This document shows positions 18,460-28,054 of a stretch of 64,000 bases of DNA, one piece after another. A model generated the notes under the pieces. The model saw only the letters and a list, made by a program, of their open reading frames with translations. It was not told where the DNA came from and ran no database searches. Both the position numbers and the translations under genes were made by a program. Each line of letters begins with the position of its first letter. Position 1 is the first letter of the stretch. Where the stretch lies: assembly GCA_027317865.1 (NCBI GenBank), contig DAHVQG010000015.1, positions 2,028 through 66,027 on the forward strand, in the 5' to 3' direction. The stretch comes from Bdellovibrionales bacterium (GTDB lineage: Bacteria > Bdellovibrionota > Bdellovibrionia > Bdellovibrionales > UBA1609).

Positions 18460-20184
18460 ATGTTAACGCCGATTCGTGACCGTTTATCGAAACATCTCGA
18501 GCCGTATTTTAAAGATAAATCGGTCGCGGAACTTTTTGAAATTCCAAAAGAACTTGATCACGGGCATTTGTCGATCCCCGTTTTTTCTTTGGCCCGCGAA
18601 TATAAAAAAGCTCCGCCCGTAATAGCTAAAGAAATTGCGAATCAACTGTTGACAAAATCAATTCCTGGCGTTGCGAGGATCGAAGCTGTCGGCGGCTACA
18701 TCAATTTTCACTTGGATGACCTCGAGATTTTCTCGACATTATATAATGAAACAAAAAAGGCCGGCCAACGGTTAGGTTTTCGCAGTCTTGGCGCCGGACA
18801 AACAATTATTGTTGAGTATTCAAGTCCCAATGTTGCCAAACCTATGCACGTTGGGCACTTGCGAGCCACAGTCATAGGGCAGGCACTGCGTAATTTGGCG
18901 GATTCACAAGGGTATAAAGTCATTGGGCTCAACCATCTCGGCGATTGGGGGGTGCAATTTGGTAAGCTTGCCTATGCCTATCGTCGGTGGGGTAGTGAAT
19001 ACGATTTTGAAAATGACGCGTTTGAATCACTGTACAAACTTTACGTGCGATTTCATCAAGAAGCAGAAAAAGATCCTGAAATGGAACGCGAAGGGTCGCT
19101 CCTTTTTAAAAAAATGGAAGACGGTGACCCTGAACTTTTGAAGCTTTGGCGCAGATTCGTTGATATTTCGATGAATGAATATGAGCACAACTGGCAGCGT
19201 TTAGGGGTCAAACATGATTTGGTTCGTGGCGAATCGTTTTACAATGACCGCCTAAAAAACGTCGAAAAGCTATTGCAGACCAAGGGCCTTCTTATCGAAA
19301 GCGAAGGCGCAATGGTTGTTGATTTAAGTGATGAAAAAATGCCGCCCTGTTTGATATTTAAGTCAGACGGTGCCTCATTGTACGCGACCCGTGATATTGC
19401 CAGTGCCATCTTTCGGTTTGAAGAACTCAAAGTCGACGCTTCGCTTTACGTAGTCGGAGCAGAACAAACCCTCCATTTCAAGCAATTGTTTAGTGTTTTA
19501 CGACGACTTGGATTTGCGTGGTGGTCACGTTGTCACCATATTGGCTTTGGCCTATATCGATTTAAAGATCCGAATCTGGGCGGTAAAATGTCGAGCCGTA
19601 AAGGGCAAATCATCCGGCTTGAAGATTTGCTTAACCGTGCCGTCGAGTTGGTAAAAGAACGGATGTCGCAAAAGGCGGGCGAAAAAGAGCGAAATATAGA
19701 CGAGATCGCCGAGCAAGTGGGAGTCGGTGCGATAATTTTCAACGACCTCGTTAACGATCGCGTTCGAGACGTTGAATTCGACTGGGAACACGCGCTCAGC
19801 TTCGAAGGCGATTCAGGACCGTACGTCCAATACGTGCATGTGCGATGTGCAAGTATTTTGGCGAAATCAGGCCGTAAGGTAACGGAAGAAATTCGTGGAG
19901 AACAATTGCGCGTGCTCGATTCTGCCGAAGAACGGCGGTTGATTAAATCGTTATTACGGTACGAAGATATTTTGAGCCAGGCCTATCAAAATTTTAAACC
20001 CAATATTTTGGCGAATTACCTGCTGGAGCTGTGCACAGATTTCAACCATTTTTATCACAATCACAAAATCTTAGGCGGGGATGCCGAATTGATCGATTCG
20101 CGTCTGGCTCTGGTTTGGATTACCCAATCGGTCATTCGGGGCGGGCTTAAAATTTTGAGCATGGCCGCTCCGCAAGAAATGTAG
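18460..20184 (+). CDS. argS: Arginine--tRNA ligase
   Basis: SSPNVAKPMHVGHLR (HIGH region), KMSSRKG (KMSK-like) and the C-terminal anticodon-binding DALR-type region. ATG 18460 is preferred to the TTG at 18391. Confidence 0.95.
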   Translation: MLTPIRDRLSKHLEPYFKDKSVAELFEIPKELDHGHLSIPVFSLAREYKKAPPVIAKEIANQLLTKSIPGVARIEAVGGYINFHLDDLEIFSTLYNETKKAGQRLGFRSLGAGQTIIVEYSSPNVAKPMHVGHLRATVIGQALRNLADSQGYKVIGLNHLGDWGVQFGKLAYAYRRWGSEYDFENDAFESLYKLYVRFHQEAEKDPEMEREGSLLFKKMEDGDPELLKLWRRFVDISMNEYEHNWQRLGVKHDLVRGESFYNDRLKNVEKLLQTKGLLIESEGAMVVDLSDEKMPPCLIFKSDGASLYATRDIASAIFRFEELKVDASLYVVGAEQTLHFKQLFSVLRRLGFAWWSRCHHIGFGLYRFKDPNLGGKMSSRKGQIIRLEDLLNRAVELVKERMSQKAGEKERNIDEIAEQVGVGAIIFNDLVNDRVRDVEFDWEHALSFEGDSGPYVQYVHVRCASILAKSGRKVTEEIRGEQLRVLDSAEERRLIKSLLRYEDILSQAYQNFKPNILANYLLELCTDFNHFYHNHKILGGDAELIDSRLALVWITQSVIRGGLKILSMAAPQEM

Positions 20185-20269
20185 AGCAATAGAGCGACCC
20201 CGGCAGACCAAAGGCGAGTCTCGAAACGAGTCGAAGTTCAATTTTTGACATTAATTTCCGATACGAAAT

Positions 20270-20959
20270 GTGATGAGTTCTAATGTCTTAGTTACATTCA
20301 CGCTGACGATGACGCTCGCGCTGACGTTGTTTTACAGTCGGCTCCGGCAGCATTTTAGTCCTATTCATGAGCTTCACGATCAAATTGAAGCTCTACAGTA
20401 TCGCGTGCGCCAGCAGAAATTTAAAACGCTTCTATTGTCGTACGAATTCGCCGATTTCAAAACTGAAGTTGCTACACTTTTGCCGTCCGCGATCAAAAAA
20501 GAAGGCTTTGGCGAGAAAAGTTATCCGCAGCGAATGTTGGCCAGTGTCGTTCAAGATCAGTCGAATGATGTTTTGGGATTTCAAACCGCCCAATCGCTCT
20601 TTAATCAAGCCAGCCGGCAATTCAACGATAAAAATTACCGAGCGGCCATTTCCATCTTTAGGTCGCTTATCAACAACCATCCGTATTCATACGATGTCCC
20701 CAAAGCCATGTTCTTAATCGTAGAAGGCAGTTTTCGACTCGGTAAATATAGTCAGGCCATAGCTTATGCAAATCAAATGATCGATCTTTTTCCGGCCAAT
20801 GAGTTGACCGGCTATGCAATGATTCGCATGGCGCAAATCTATCAGATAAAGAATCGTTACAAAGGCGCTGCCGATATCTATCGAACCGTAATGAAGTCGT
20901 TTTCAAATCGCGAGCTTGCACAACTGGCGGCCAATGGGCTTCGTCAGGAGGCGATGTGA
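20270..20959 (+). CDS. TPR-repeat protein, YbgF/CpoB-like C-terminal domain, with an N-terminal TM
   Basis: N-terminal hydrophobic VLVTFTLTMTLALTLFY, a short coiled coil, then TPR-like NDKNYRAAISIFRSLINNHPYSYDVPKAMFLIVEGSFRLGKYSQAIAYANQMIDLFP... Confidence 0.55.
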   Translation: MMSSNVLVTFTLTMTLALTLFYSRLRQHFSPIHELHDQIEALQYRVRQQKFKTLLLSYEFADFKTEVATLLPSAIKKEGFGEKSYPQRMLASVVQDQSNDVLGFQTAQSLFNQASRQFNDKNYRAAISIFRSLINNHPYSYDVPKAMFLIVEGSFRLGKYSQAIAYANQMIDLFPANELTGYAMIRMAQIYQIKNRYKGAADIYRTVMKSFSNRELAQLAANGLRQEAM

Positions 20960-20973
20960 TTTTCGCGAAACCC

Positions 20974-21765
20974 ATGTCTCGGCGCTTGCTCATAATCGCC
21001 GCGTTTATTCTCGCCTCTGTTCTTGACGTGAGAGTGAAAGCCATACCTGTTGAGCTGCCTTCCAGTTGTATTAAACACGTTAGCCGTTTCAAAGCCTGTG
21101 CGTATTTGAACGATAAAACAAAACGGACTATGCATTTAGCGTTTGGCGACCTGAGAATGTCATCCGATGCGAGCTTGGTCGTTGATCGCAGTCCGAACCA
21201 AGCGTCTTCGGCAACGATGACTCTTCACCTGGTTCGCGGAGTTTTTTGGTTGCGCGCGCACAAACCGGTCATTGTCAAAACTCTCTATGGAGCGGCAAGA
21301 CTCACGAAAGGGTCGGCATTAATCTTCGTGCAAGACCGGTACATCGATGTGACAAACCTAACAAGTAATTTAGTTTATCAACCGCGCGGCGAAAAGGCGG
21401 CGCTCCCGCTGCCGAAAGGCATGGTCGTGCGCATGGCGCGTATTTCGCAATCGGGAGTGGCGCGTACGGGTTTTCCGCATGCGGCGGTCGTACGTAATTT
21501 GCTTAAGACGTGGGCGCAGGTTTACGCGCAAAATGATTTGAGCCATTTCAAACAGAACGTAAAGGCCCTTTTACCGAATTGGGTGTCGGCCATTTCTGCA
21601 GTTGGCCCTTGGTACAGACAGGTTGTCGAGAGGGAGCTGGCCTCGGCGCGAGCCGAAAAAGAGCGGCTGGCTCGTCGAAGGGCTAAGGAACGGGCCGAAA
21701 ACCAAAAGCTTCGGGATCTATTTCGCGCCGAAAATTTTATTGGCGTCAATCCGAACAATCTTTAA
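20974..21765 (+). CDS. Secreted hypothetical protein (FecR-like beta-rich middle region, basic coiled-coil tail)
   Basis: MSRRLLIIAAFILASVLDVRVKA is a signal peptide. The C-terminal tail reads ERELASARAEKERLARRRAKERAENQKLRDLF. A GTG at 20956 overlapping the upstream stop is an alternative start. Confidence 0.45.
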   Translation: MSRRLLIIAAFILASVLDVRVKAIPVELPSSCIKHVSRFKACAYLNDKTKRTMHLAFGDLRMSSDASLVVDRSPNQASSATMTLHLVRGVFWLRAHKPVIVKTLYGAARLTKGSALIFVQDRYIDVTNLTSNLVYQPRGEKAALPLPKGMVVRMARISQSGVARTGFPHAAVVRNLLKTWAQVYAQNDLSHFKQNVKALLPNWVSAISAVGPWYRQVVERELASARAEKERLARRRAKERAENQKLRDLFRAENFIGVNPNNL

Positions 21766-21843
21766 CAACGACACCCAACAAAAATGAGCGATCTGGACTT
21801 TGGAGCCATCGCCGAAGTTGTTTCGTAATGATACGCTTAATCT

Positions 21844-23526
21844 ATGGGTTCAATTATCGGGTCAAAGTCATCTCATCACGACTGGCAAGCTGACGAATTG
21901 CGCGATCAGCGCGAACGTTATCAAAAAAAAATAGACGACCTGATAAAGAATCAAAACTTTCAGCTCGCGAAATTGAATAAGTATTACGATCGCCGAATCA
22001 CGGATCTCGAGCGGCAAAACCAAAAAATATTAAATAGAGACCGCGAGGCTAATCAAGACGCGATTACTCGACGGGATATGGAATATCAGAACGAAATCGA
22101 CCAGCTTCGCAAAATGCACGCCAAACAAGTCGAAAAGTTGCGGGCCGAAAATCAAGACAGGCTGGAGCGCGCTCGTTTTGAAGCGAACGAAGAGCTACGC
22201 ACCAATAACATGGATCAGAACAACCGCCTGAGCGAACTTGAGCAACAATATGCCGATCAGCAAGCGCAACAGTCCCAACAGTTCGAAAATAATTTGAATC
22301 AGATCCGAGCAAGCGAAAAGCGGGCTGTCGATCAAACGCGCAAAGATCTCAATACACAGCATCAAAAAGAAACCGAAGCTATTCGCATGAGCCGTGATCA
22401 AGAAGTGGGCCAGCTTCAAAAAGAAAATGACGAACTAAACCGTTATTATGAAATGCGGTTGCACGATCAAAAACAGCATTATCAAAACAATGAAGATCGA
22501 ATTGAATCTCACGATATGAGCATGTTGCAGAATAAAGAAGAGATGCAACACGCAGAATTGGCAAGGGCGCGGGACGGATTTAACCAAAATTTAAAGACTC
22601 TTCGCCAGCGCTATGACGAATCACTTCAGAATGAAAATGAAAAATTGCAGGGCATCGATGAACAGGCCCACGACCGTATTGAAGATCGCATGAATAATGA
22701 GCTGCGCGATCTCAAGTTTGAATTGGCGAGAGCCAAACAAGAAAAGGTTTTAAATAACGTGAACGAAGAGGCGCAAGCCCAACGTGAAATTAAAAATATT
22801 GAAAATGACTATCAGCAGAAATACGCTGATCTTCAGCGGGAGCGGGTCGAAGCGCTAAGAGACAGTAACGCCATCAATGCCGCGAATATTCGAAAGATCC
22901 ACGAAAAAGACAGCCAGCAGATGCAGATCGATGAACGCCAGGTTCTTTCGCAATCGGATCTCGAAAATGAAATTAATCAAGAGGCCTTGGCGAATCAAAA
23001 GCAACAGTCGACGCTTCGTAATCAATACGAGCAAAATCTGGCGAGTGAGAGAATCAAAAAAATCCGGCAGAATGCATTTGAAACCGAAAAACAGCTCCGA
23101 AAGAATTACGTTGCTAATGTTCAACAAGAAAGACAAGCGTTTCAAACCAAGCGGCGCGACCTTATGCTCGAGATGCGCAAAAAGAGCGCGGCTGAGTTGC
23201 GTACTGTTGAAGAGCACGCCGAACACCAAGAAATGCGAGATCAAGAGAATTTGGCGAATCTCAAAGAACATTATCAAAATCAAATCAATAATTTGCAGGA
23301 CAAATTGACACTTGAGCGCCAGCAGGATCAAATTCGCGATCGCCGTTTAGTCAAAGAAATGAAACGTGAATCCCATCAGCAGCTCGAAACCCAGAAAATA
23401 CAGTATCAAGATAAAATGAGGCTCGCGGAACTCGCGCACGAGCGAGAAGTTCACGAAATCGATCGACGCAATCAAGAAAAGCTAGACCAAGTGCTCACGA
23501 CTATGAAACAAGAAGAAAAGTCGTAG
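21844..23526 (+). CDS. Hypothetical 560-aa all-coiled-coil protein, Q/E/N/R/K-rich
   Basis: No signal peptide and no TM, with almost no Pro or Gly after residue 10. Continuous charged helical sequence. Same strand as the two preceding genes. Confidence 0.6.
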   Translation: MGSIIGSKSSHHDWQADELRDQRERYQKKIDDLIKNQNFQLAKLNKYYDRRITDLERQNQKILNRDREANQDAITRRDMEYQNEIDQLRKMHAKQVEKLRAENQDRLERARFEANEELRTNNMDQNNRLSELEQQYADQQAQQSQQFENNLNQIRASEKRAVDQTRKDLNTQHQKETEAIRMSRDQEVGQLQKENDELNRYYEMRLHDQKQHYQNNEDRIESHDMSMLQNKEEMQHAELARARDGFNQNLKTLRQRYDESLQNENEKLQGIDEQAHDRIEDRMNNELRDLKFELARAKQEKVLNNVNEEAQAQREIKNIENDYQQKYADLQRERVEALRDSNAINAANIRKIHEKDSQQMQIDERQVLSQSDLENEINQEALANQKQQSTLRNQYEQNLASERIKKIRQNAFETEKQLRKNYVANVQQERQAFQTKRRDLMLEMRKKSAAELRTVEEHAEHQEMRDQENLANLKEHYQNQINNLQDKLTLERQQDQIRDRRLVKEMKRESHQQLETQKIQYQDKMRLAELAHEREVHEIDRRNQEKLDQVLTTMKQEEKS

Positions 23527-23544
23527 TTTAAGCGGGAGCACAAC

Positions 23545-25014
23545 ATGTTGGCGGATCGACGAACCAAAATCGTCGCGACCATAGGGCCTTCGACGCGGTC
23601 GCGTGAAAATCTTGAAAAAGCCATTCGAGCCGGTATGAATGTCGCGCGGCTCAATTTTTCACACGGAGAGCATGCTGAGCACCTCGCAGTGATCCGGCAT
23701 ATTCGTGAGTTGTCTTTGGAGCTCAACGCGCCAGTCGCGATTTTGCAAGACCTTCAGGGGCCAAAAATTCGCGTCGGCCGTCTCAATGGCGGCGCGGTAA
23801 CGCTGAAAGAAGGCGCTGAAATTTCCATATCGACGACGCTTGAACTGGGCGACGAAAAAACCATTACAACGGATTTTAAAGAGCTGCCGCAGTCGTGTCA
23901 GCCGGGGACGCGAATTCTTCTCGACGACGGTTTGCTCGAATTGAGCGTTTTGTCTGTGGCAGATACTGAAGTGAAATGCCGAGTGGTTTTTGGGGGAGTG
24001 CTAAAGGACCGAAAGGGCATGAATCTGCCGGGCGCACGCTTGCCGGTCGATTGTATGACCGAAAAGGATTTAAATGATCTTGAATTTGGGCTCGCGCAGA
24101 AGGTCGATTATGTCGCGCTCAGTTTTGTTCGGCAGGGTAGCGATATTCAAAAACTCCGCGAGATTATTCAATCGAAAAACCCGAATACACGGATAATCGC
24201 CAAAATTGAGATGGCCGAGGCGCTTGAAAATCTTGAAGATATCGTCGCCTTAAGCGATGGAGTGATGGTGGCGCGCGGAGATTTGGCAGTCGAAGTGGGG
24301 CAGACGTTACTTCCGCAGAAACAAAAACGGATTATATCATTGTGTAATGACATGGGCCGGCCGGTGATCACCGCGACTCAGATGCTCGATTCGATGGTTG
24401 AAAATCCGCGGCCGACGCGGGCTGAGATTACCGATGTCGCAAACGCCGTTCTTGATGGCTCCGATGCGTGTATGCTGTCGGCAGAATCGGCGAGCGGAAA
24501 ATATCCGTTCAAATGTATTCAAACGATGCACGAAATTATTCTAGAAGTTGAACGATCAAGTGATCTCTACTATGACATTTCGCTCGATCAGGAATTTATG
24601 GAAGTCGCAGAAACAATTAGCGCCAGCGCCTCGCTTTCAGCGCTTAAAATCAACGCGCCGGTAATTGTGTGCCTATCGACGACTGGTCGAACGGCAACGC
24701 TGATTTCAGGATTTCGTCCACGGGCAAAAATTGTAGCTGTTACACACGTTCCTGAAACTTTGAACCGGCTGGAATTGGTTTGGGGAATTCAAACGCTTCC
24801 GATTCTGCCGTATAAAAGCAGCGAAGAAGCGATGGAACAAATCGAACAAAAGCTGCTACAGTACGGTCTTTGCCAACCGGGCGACAAAATAATAATGACG
24901 CTTGGATTGCCGGTTCATCAGGGCGCTAAAACTAACACTATGCGAATTTTTCAGGTTGGAACTGGTCGCGCACCACGAAGCGAGTCCGGTTTGCCATTAC
25001 GGTATCAACCATAG
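23545..25014 (+). CDS. pyk: Pyruvate kinase
   Basis: RRTKIVATIGPS, MNVARLNFSHG, IIAKIE..EA, MVARGDLAVE and MLSAESASGKYP. Confidence 0.95.
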   Translation: MLADRRTKIVATIGPSTRSRENLEKAIRAGMNVARLNFSHGEHAEHLAVIRHIRELSLELNAPVAILQDLQGPKIRVGRLNGGAVTLKEGAEISISTTLELGDEKTITTDFKELPQSCQPGTRILLDDGLLELSVLSVADTEVKCRVVFGGVLKDRKGMNLPGARLPVDCMTEKDLNDLEFGLAQKVDYVALSFVRQGSDIQKLREIIQSKNPNTRIIAKIEMAEALENLEDIVALSDGVMVARGDLAVEVGQTLLPQKQKRIISLCNDMGRPVITATQMLDSMVENPRPTRAEITDVANAVLDGSDACMLSAESASGKYPFKCIQTMHEIILEVERSSDLYYDISLDQEFMEVAETISASASLSALKINAPVIVCLSTTGRTATLISGFRPRAKIVAVTHVPETLNRLELVWGIQTLPILPYKSSEEAMEQIEQKLLQYGLCQPGDKIIMTLGLPVHQGAKTNTMRIFQVGTGRAPRSESGLPLRYQP

Positions 25015-25048
25015 ATATTTACCAGCGGTAAACATTTCATAATTTATC

Positions 25049-25077
25049 CGCATAAATCGAGGTTTATGCGATATTTT
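25049..25077 (+). terminator. Candidate intrinsic terminator after pyk
   Basis: 8-bp stem CGCATAAA/TTTATGCG with loop TCGAGG, followed by ATATTTT. The stem is AT-rich, so it is weak. Confidence 0.35.
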
Positions 25078-25115
25078 AACAAAATTTGTCATCATTGTAG
25101 TACAGTGCGCCCGTA

Positions 25116-25619
25116 ATGAGGGTTAAGAATACATTTCGAGCATTTCGATTAATTTTGTTTGTGGCGCTGTCTTGTCCGGGCGTAGCATTTTATAGTTGTA
25201 CCGTTCAAGCCGCAAAACGCCCCCAAAGCAAGGCGATTTTATTGCACGGCATGTGGGGGTTGACCGGCGTTTACTGTAAAAGCGGGGATCGGATTTCAAC
25301 TAAAGCCAATCAAATGGCTTCATGGCTCGCAATTGATTTTGAGGGTCAGCGGATCGCAAAAATCGAGAAAGCGGGACCATGTCAGCTACTGTCGTTAAAT
25401 CCGTACAGGGTTACTGGTCAGCACATCATCTTCGGTGTCGGTAGTTCTGAGATTGTTTGCAAAGGTGCAATCATTGATAGATCAAATACCGTGGCGAGCC
25501 GCGAACGTTTTTCTTTAAAGAATGGTGAACTCAAAATACATGAGCGGGCGTTAGGCGCAATTTGTCCCTCGCGTAACGACACCGTCATTTACGCGTTTGT
25601 GAGGCTCTCGGCGATTTGA
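25116..25619 (+). CDS. Hypothetical secreted protein
   Basis: N-terminal hydrophobic FRLILFVALSCPGVAFYSCTVQA. 167 aa with 6+ Cys. I recognise no family. Confidence 0.5.
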   Translation: MRVKNTFRAFRLILFVALSCPGVAFYSCTVQAAKRPQSKAILLHGMWGLTGVYCKSGDRISTKANQMASWLAIDFEGQRIAKIEKAGPCQLLSLNPYRVTGQHIIFGVGSSEIVCKGAIIDRSNTVASRERFSLKNGELKIHERALGAICPSRNDTVIYAFVRLSAI

Positions 25620-25638
25620 CCGATTCGTTCTTAACAGA

Positions 25639-26625
25639 TTAGCTTTCAACCTTTTCAAGTGCAAAAACGAGCTCCCAGTAAGAAGCAAGAGTTGAAATAT
25701 TTTGGATTGAAAATGTCTGTGTTACAGCTCCACCTTCACCCGAATGCTTTTCTTGCACTAAATTTTTTTCAACCAGTGAGTCCGTATCGTTGAGATTGAA
25801 CGGTTGCCCTAATTCGCTCATTGAATTGATTTGCATGTCGGTGAGGCTGACCGTCACAAGGCCTTTATCATCTGCTTTTTGTTTACGGCCGTAAAAAACC
25901 AACGCTTTTAGCACGGGCAACTCTTTTTCGTCGATCGTTACGCGTTTACTTTCTTCTTCAAAAAGATAGCTGTTATACCAATCGACAAATTCCGATAAGA
26001 ATTCAAATTTGACGAGCGTGACTTTTTTACGGCCCTGACCGATGTCTTCGACTTTTAAGATGCCGAAACCTTGAAGCGCTTCCATCATCTTGTCGAGTTT
26101 GTTCGTCGGTGTTTGAAAAATCTGGATGCAATAATTGCGCAGAGTCGAGTAGGCAATGGTCACACCCGTTGTGGTTTTTTCACCGTATTTGTTCCCGACC
26201 AGAGTGATGATCGCGCACAGACGGGTAACTAAATGAGGAGTAAACGCGGTCGCGTCGGCGGAAGACTCACTTTCGAGGTTTTTAATTTTAGCGTTGGCGG
26301 TTCGCAACTTACCGTTCACGTTTTTTACTAGAGCTTTCATCCACTCCGGAAACGTTTTAAACTGCGCAAAAAGTGATGTGAACGGTAGAACAATGACGGA
26401 CGAATCAAGTTTTGCGCGCGCACCGGCCGATCGCGACTTATTGTCAAAAAACGCCATTTCGCCGACAAGTTCGCCCGGGCCGAGTTCGGCCAACTCGACT
26501 TCACCGGTACCTTTGGTTTTGACGATCGCGATCTTGCCTTTTTTAATAATATACATCGCGTCCGACGGGTCGCCCTCGCGAAACAATAATTCCCCTTTTT
26601 TGAGCTCTTTGATCTGGTTCGCCAA
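25639..26625 (-). CDS. Cyclic-nucleotide-binding protein, CRP/FNR-like with an extended C-terminal region
   Basis: N-terminal cNMP domain with phosphate-binding cassette GELVGEMAFFDNKSRSAGARA. The following segment (TIAYSTLRNYCIQIFQTPTNKLDKMMEALQGFGILKVE) looks wHTH-like. About 120 further residues are unassigned. Confidence 0.75.
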   Translation of the reverse strand: MANQIKELKKGELLFREGDPSDAMYIIKKGKIAIVKTKGTGEVELAELGPGELVGEMAFFDNKSRSAGARAKLDSSVIVLPFTSLFAQFKTFPEWMKALVKNVNGKLRTANAKIKNLESESSADATAFTPHLVTRLCAIITLVGNKYGEKTTTGVTIAYSTLRNYCIQIFQTPTNKLDKMMEALQGFGILKVEDIGQGRKKVTLVKFEFLSEFVDWYNSYLFEEESKRVTIDEKELPVLKALVFYGRKQKADDKGLVTVSLTDMQINSMSELGQPFNLNDTDSLVEKNLVQEKHSGEGGAVTQTFSIQNISTLASYWELVFALEKVES

Positions 26626-26656
26626 GCGAAGATACTCCCGTTAAACCGGCGTTATT

Positions 26657-27319
26657 CTAAATTGCCATTGTTTTAAGTTGAGTTGAGATTTTGAGATCGC
26701 CCGCAGTCGATGCCCGAATTTCGTCGACCGAAATCCCGGGTGCCACTTCAACGAGCAAAAAGCCATCGGGCGTAATTTCGTAAACGCCCATATCCGTCAC
26801 GATCAAATGAACGCAGTGCACGCCGGTGAGCGGCAGTGTACAAGCTTTGACCAATTTACTACTGCCTTTGCCGTCGACCTGCTGCATGGCCACGATGACA
26901 TATTTAGCGCCGGCGACCAAATCCATAGCGCCGCCCATTCCTTTCACCAATTTGCCCGGTATCATCCAGTTTGCGATATCTCCGTTTTGCGAAACTTGCA
27001 TGGCGCCTAAAACGGTAAGGTCAATGTGGCCCCCACGAATCATCGCAAAACTATCGGCAGAAGAAAAAAAACTCGCACCGGGCACTGTTGTAATCGTTTG
27101 CTTGCCGGCGTTAATGAGATCCGGATCGACGCGATTTTCAGCAGGGAAGGGGCCCATCCCCAATAAACCATTTTCACTTTGAAGCATCACATTTTTTTCA
27201 CGCGGAATATAATTGGCGACAAGTGTCGGTATGCCAATACCGAGATTCACGCAATCGCCATGCTCAATTTCTTGGGCAATTCTTTGCGCAATTTGTTCAC
27301 GTGTGAGTCGGGCCGCCAT
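26657..27319 (-). CDS. scoB: 3-oxoacid (succinyl-CoA:acetoacetate) CoA-transferase subunit B
   Basis: [14 protein letters not shown] contains the catalytic Glu in the SENG motif. GGAMDL is also present. Confidence 0.9.
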   Translation of the reverse strand: MAARLTREQIAQRIAQEIEHGDCVNLGIGIPTLVANYIPREKNVMLQSENGLLGMGPFPAENRVDPDLINAGKQTITTVPGASFFSSADSFAMIRGGHIDLTVLGAMQVSQNGDIANWMIPGKLVKGMGGAMDLVAGAKYVIVAMQQVDGKGSSKLVKACTLPLTGVHCVHLIVTDMGVYEITPDGFLLVEVAPGISVDEIRASTAGDLKISTQLKTMAI

Positions 27320-27358
27320 AGCGCATTCCTTTAGCTCTTCGGCTAATATATTCCGCCG

Positions 27359-28054
27359 TTATTTTTTCGTTACAGTTAAATTCTCAATACGTTTTTGGTA
27401 ATTCGTACCTTTAAAAATTCGATCGACATAAACTCCCGGAGTATGAATCGAATCGGGATCAAGCTCACCAATTTCAACCAGTTCTTCGACTTCGGCAATG
27501 GTGATTTTGCCTGCGGTTGCCACCATTGGATTAAAATTGCGCGACGTTTTGCGAAAAATTAGGTTGCCGAACTTATCGCCCTTCCACGCTTTGACGAAAG
27601 CGAAATCGCCGGTGATCGCGCGCTCGAGTATGTATTCTCGGCCATCGATTGTCCTACGTTCTTTACCTTCGGCCACCAGCGTGCCCACGCCCGTGGGAGT
27701 ATAAAACGCCGGTATGCCCGCACCGCCTGCGCGAAGTTTCTCGGCCAATGTGCCTTGTGGAGTGAGTTCCACCGCCAGTTCGCCACTCAGAAATAATTTT
27801 TCAAAGAGGGCGTTTTCACCGACGTAACTTGAAATCATTTTTTTGATTTGTTTATTGTGCAAGAGAAGCCCCAGCCCCCAATCGTCAACGCCGGCGTTGT
27901 TTGAAACGCAAGTTAAATCCTTCACCCCTAGCTCGCGTAAGGCGATGATGCAGTTTTCGGGAATGCCGCAAAGACCGAATCCGCCGAAGAGCAGGGTCAT
28001 GCTGCTCTTTACATCGCGGACAGCTTCAGCAGCATTTTTCACAACTTTATTCAT
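27359..28054 (-). CDS. scoA: 3-oxoacid CoA-transferase subunit A
   Basis: From ATG 28054 ([33 protein letters not shown]). This ATG overlaps the thiolase stop as ATGA. The track start at 28177 lies inside the thiolase gene. Confidence 0.9.
   Translation of the reverse strand: MNKVVKNAAEAVRDVKSSMTLLFGGFGLCGIPENCIIALRELGVKDLTCVSNNAGVDDWGLGLLLHNKQIKKMISSYVGENALFEKLFLSGELAVELTPQGTLAEKLRAGGAGIPAFYTPTGVGTLVAEGKERRTIDGREYILERAITGDFAFVKAWKGDKFGNLIFRKTSRNFNPMVATAGKITIAEVEELVEIGELDPDSIHTPGVYVDRIFKGTNYQKRIENLTVTKK

Noticed and set aside
21844-21870. N-terminal MGSIIGS of the 560-aa coiled-coil protein matching the eukaryotic N-myristoylation consensus (MGxxxS), hinting at a host-targeted effector
   Set aside because: The motif is short and common by chance. 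The protein has no secretion signal, and nothing else in the window points to a host-associated lifestyle.
9366-26625. Idea that the class III cyclase plus the cNMP-binding protein form a Pycsar/CBASS-like antiphage signalling pair
   Set aside because: The two genes are 13 kb apart and lie in different operons. The cyclase is a CHASE2 membrane sensor of the ordinary signalling type. The cNMP-binding protein looks CRP-like, has no TM/TIR/nuclease effector domain and sits in a metabolic operon. No defence neighbours were seen.
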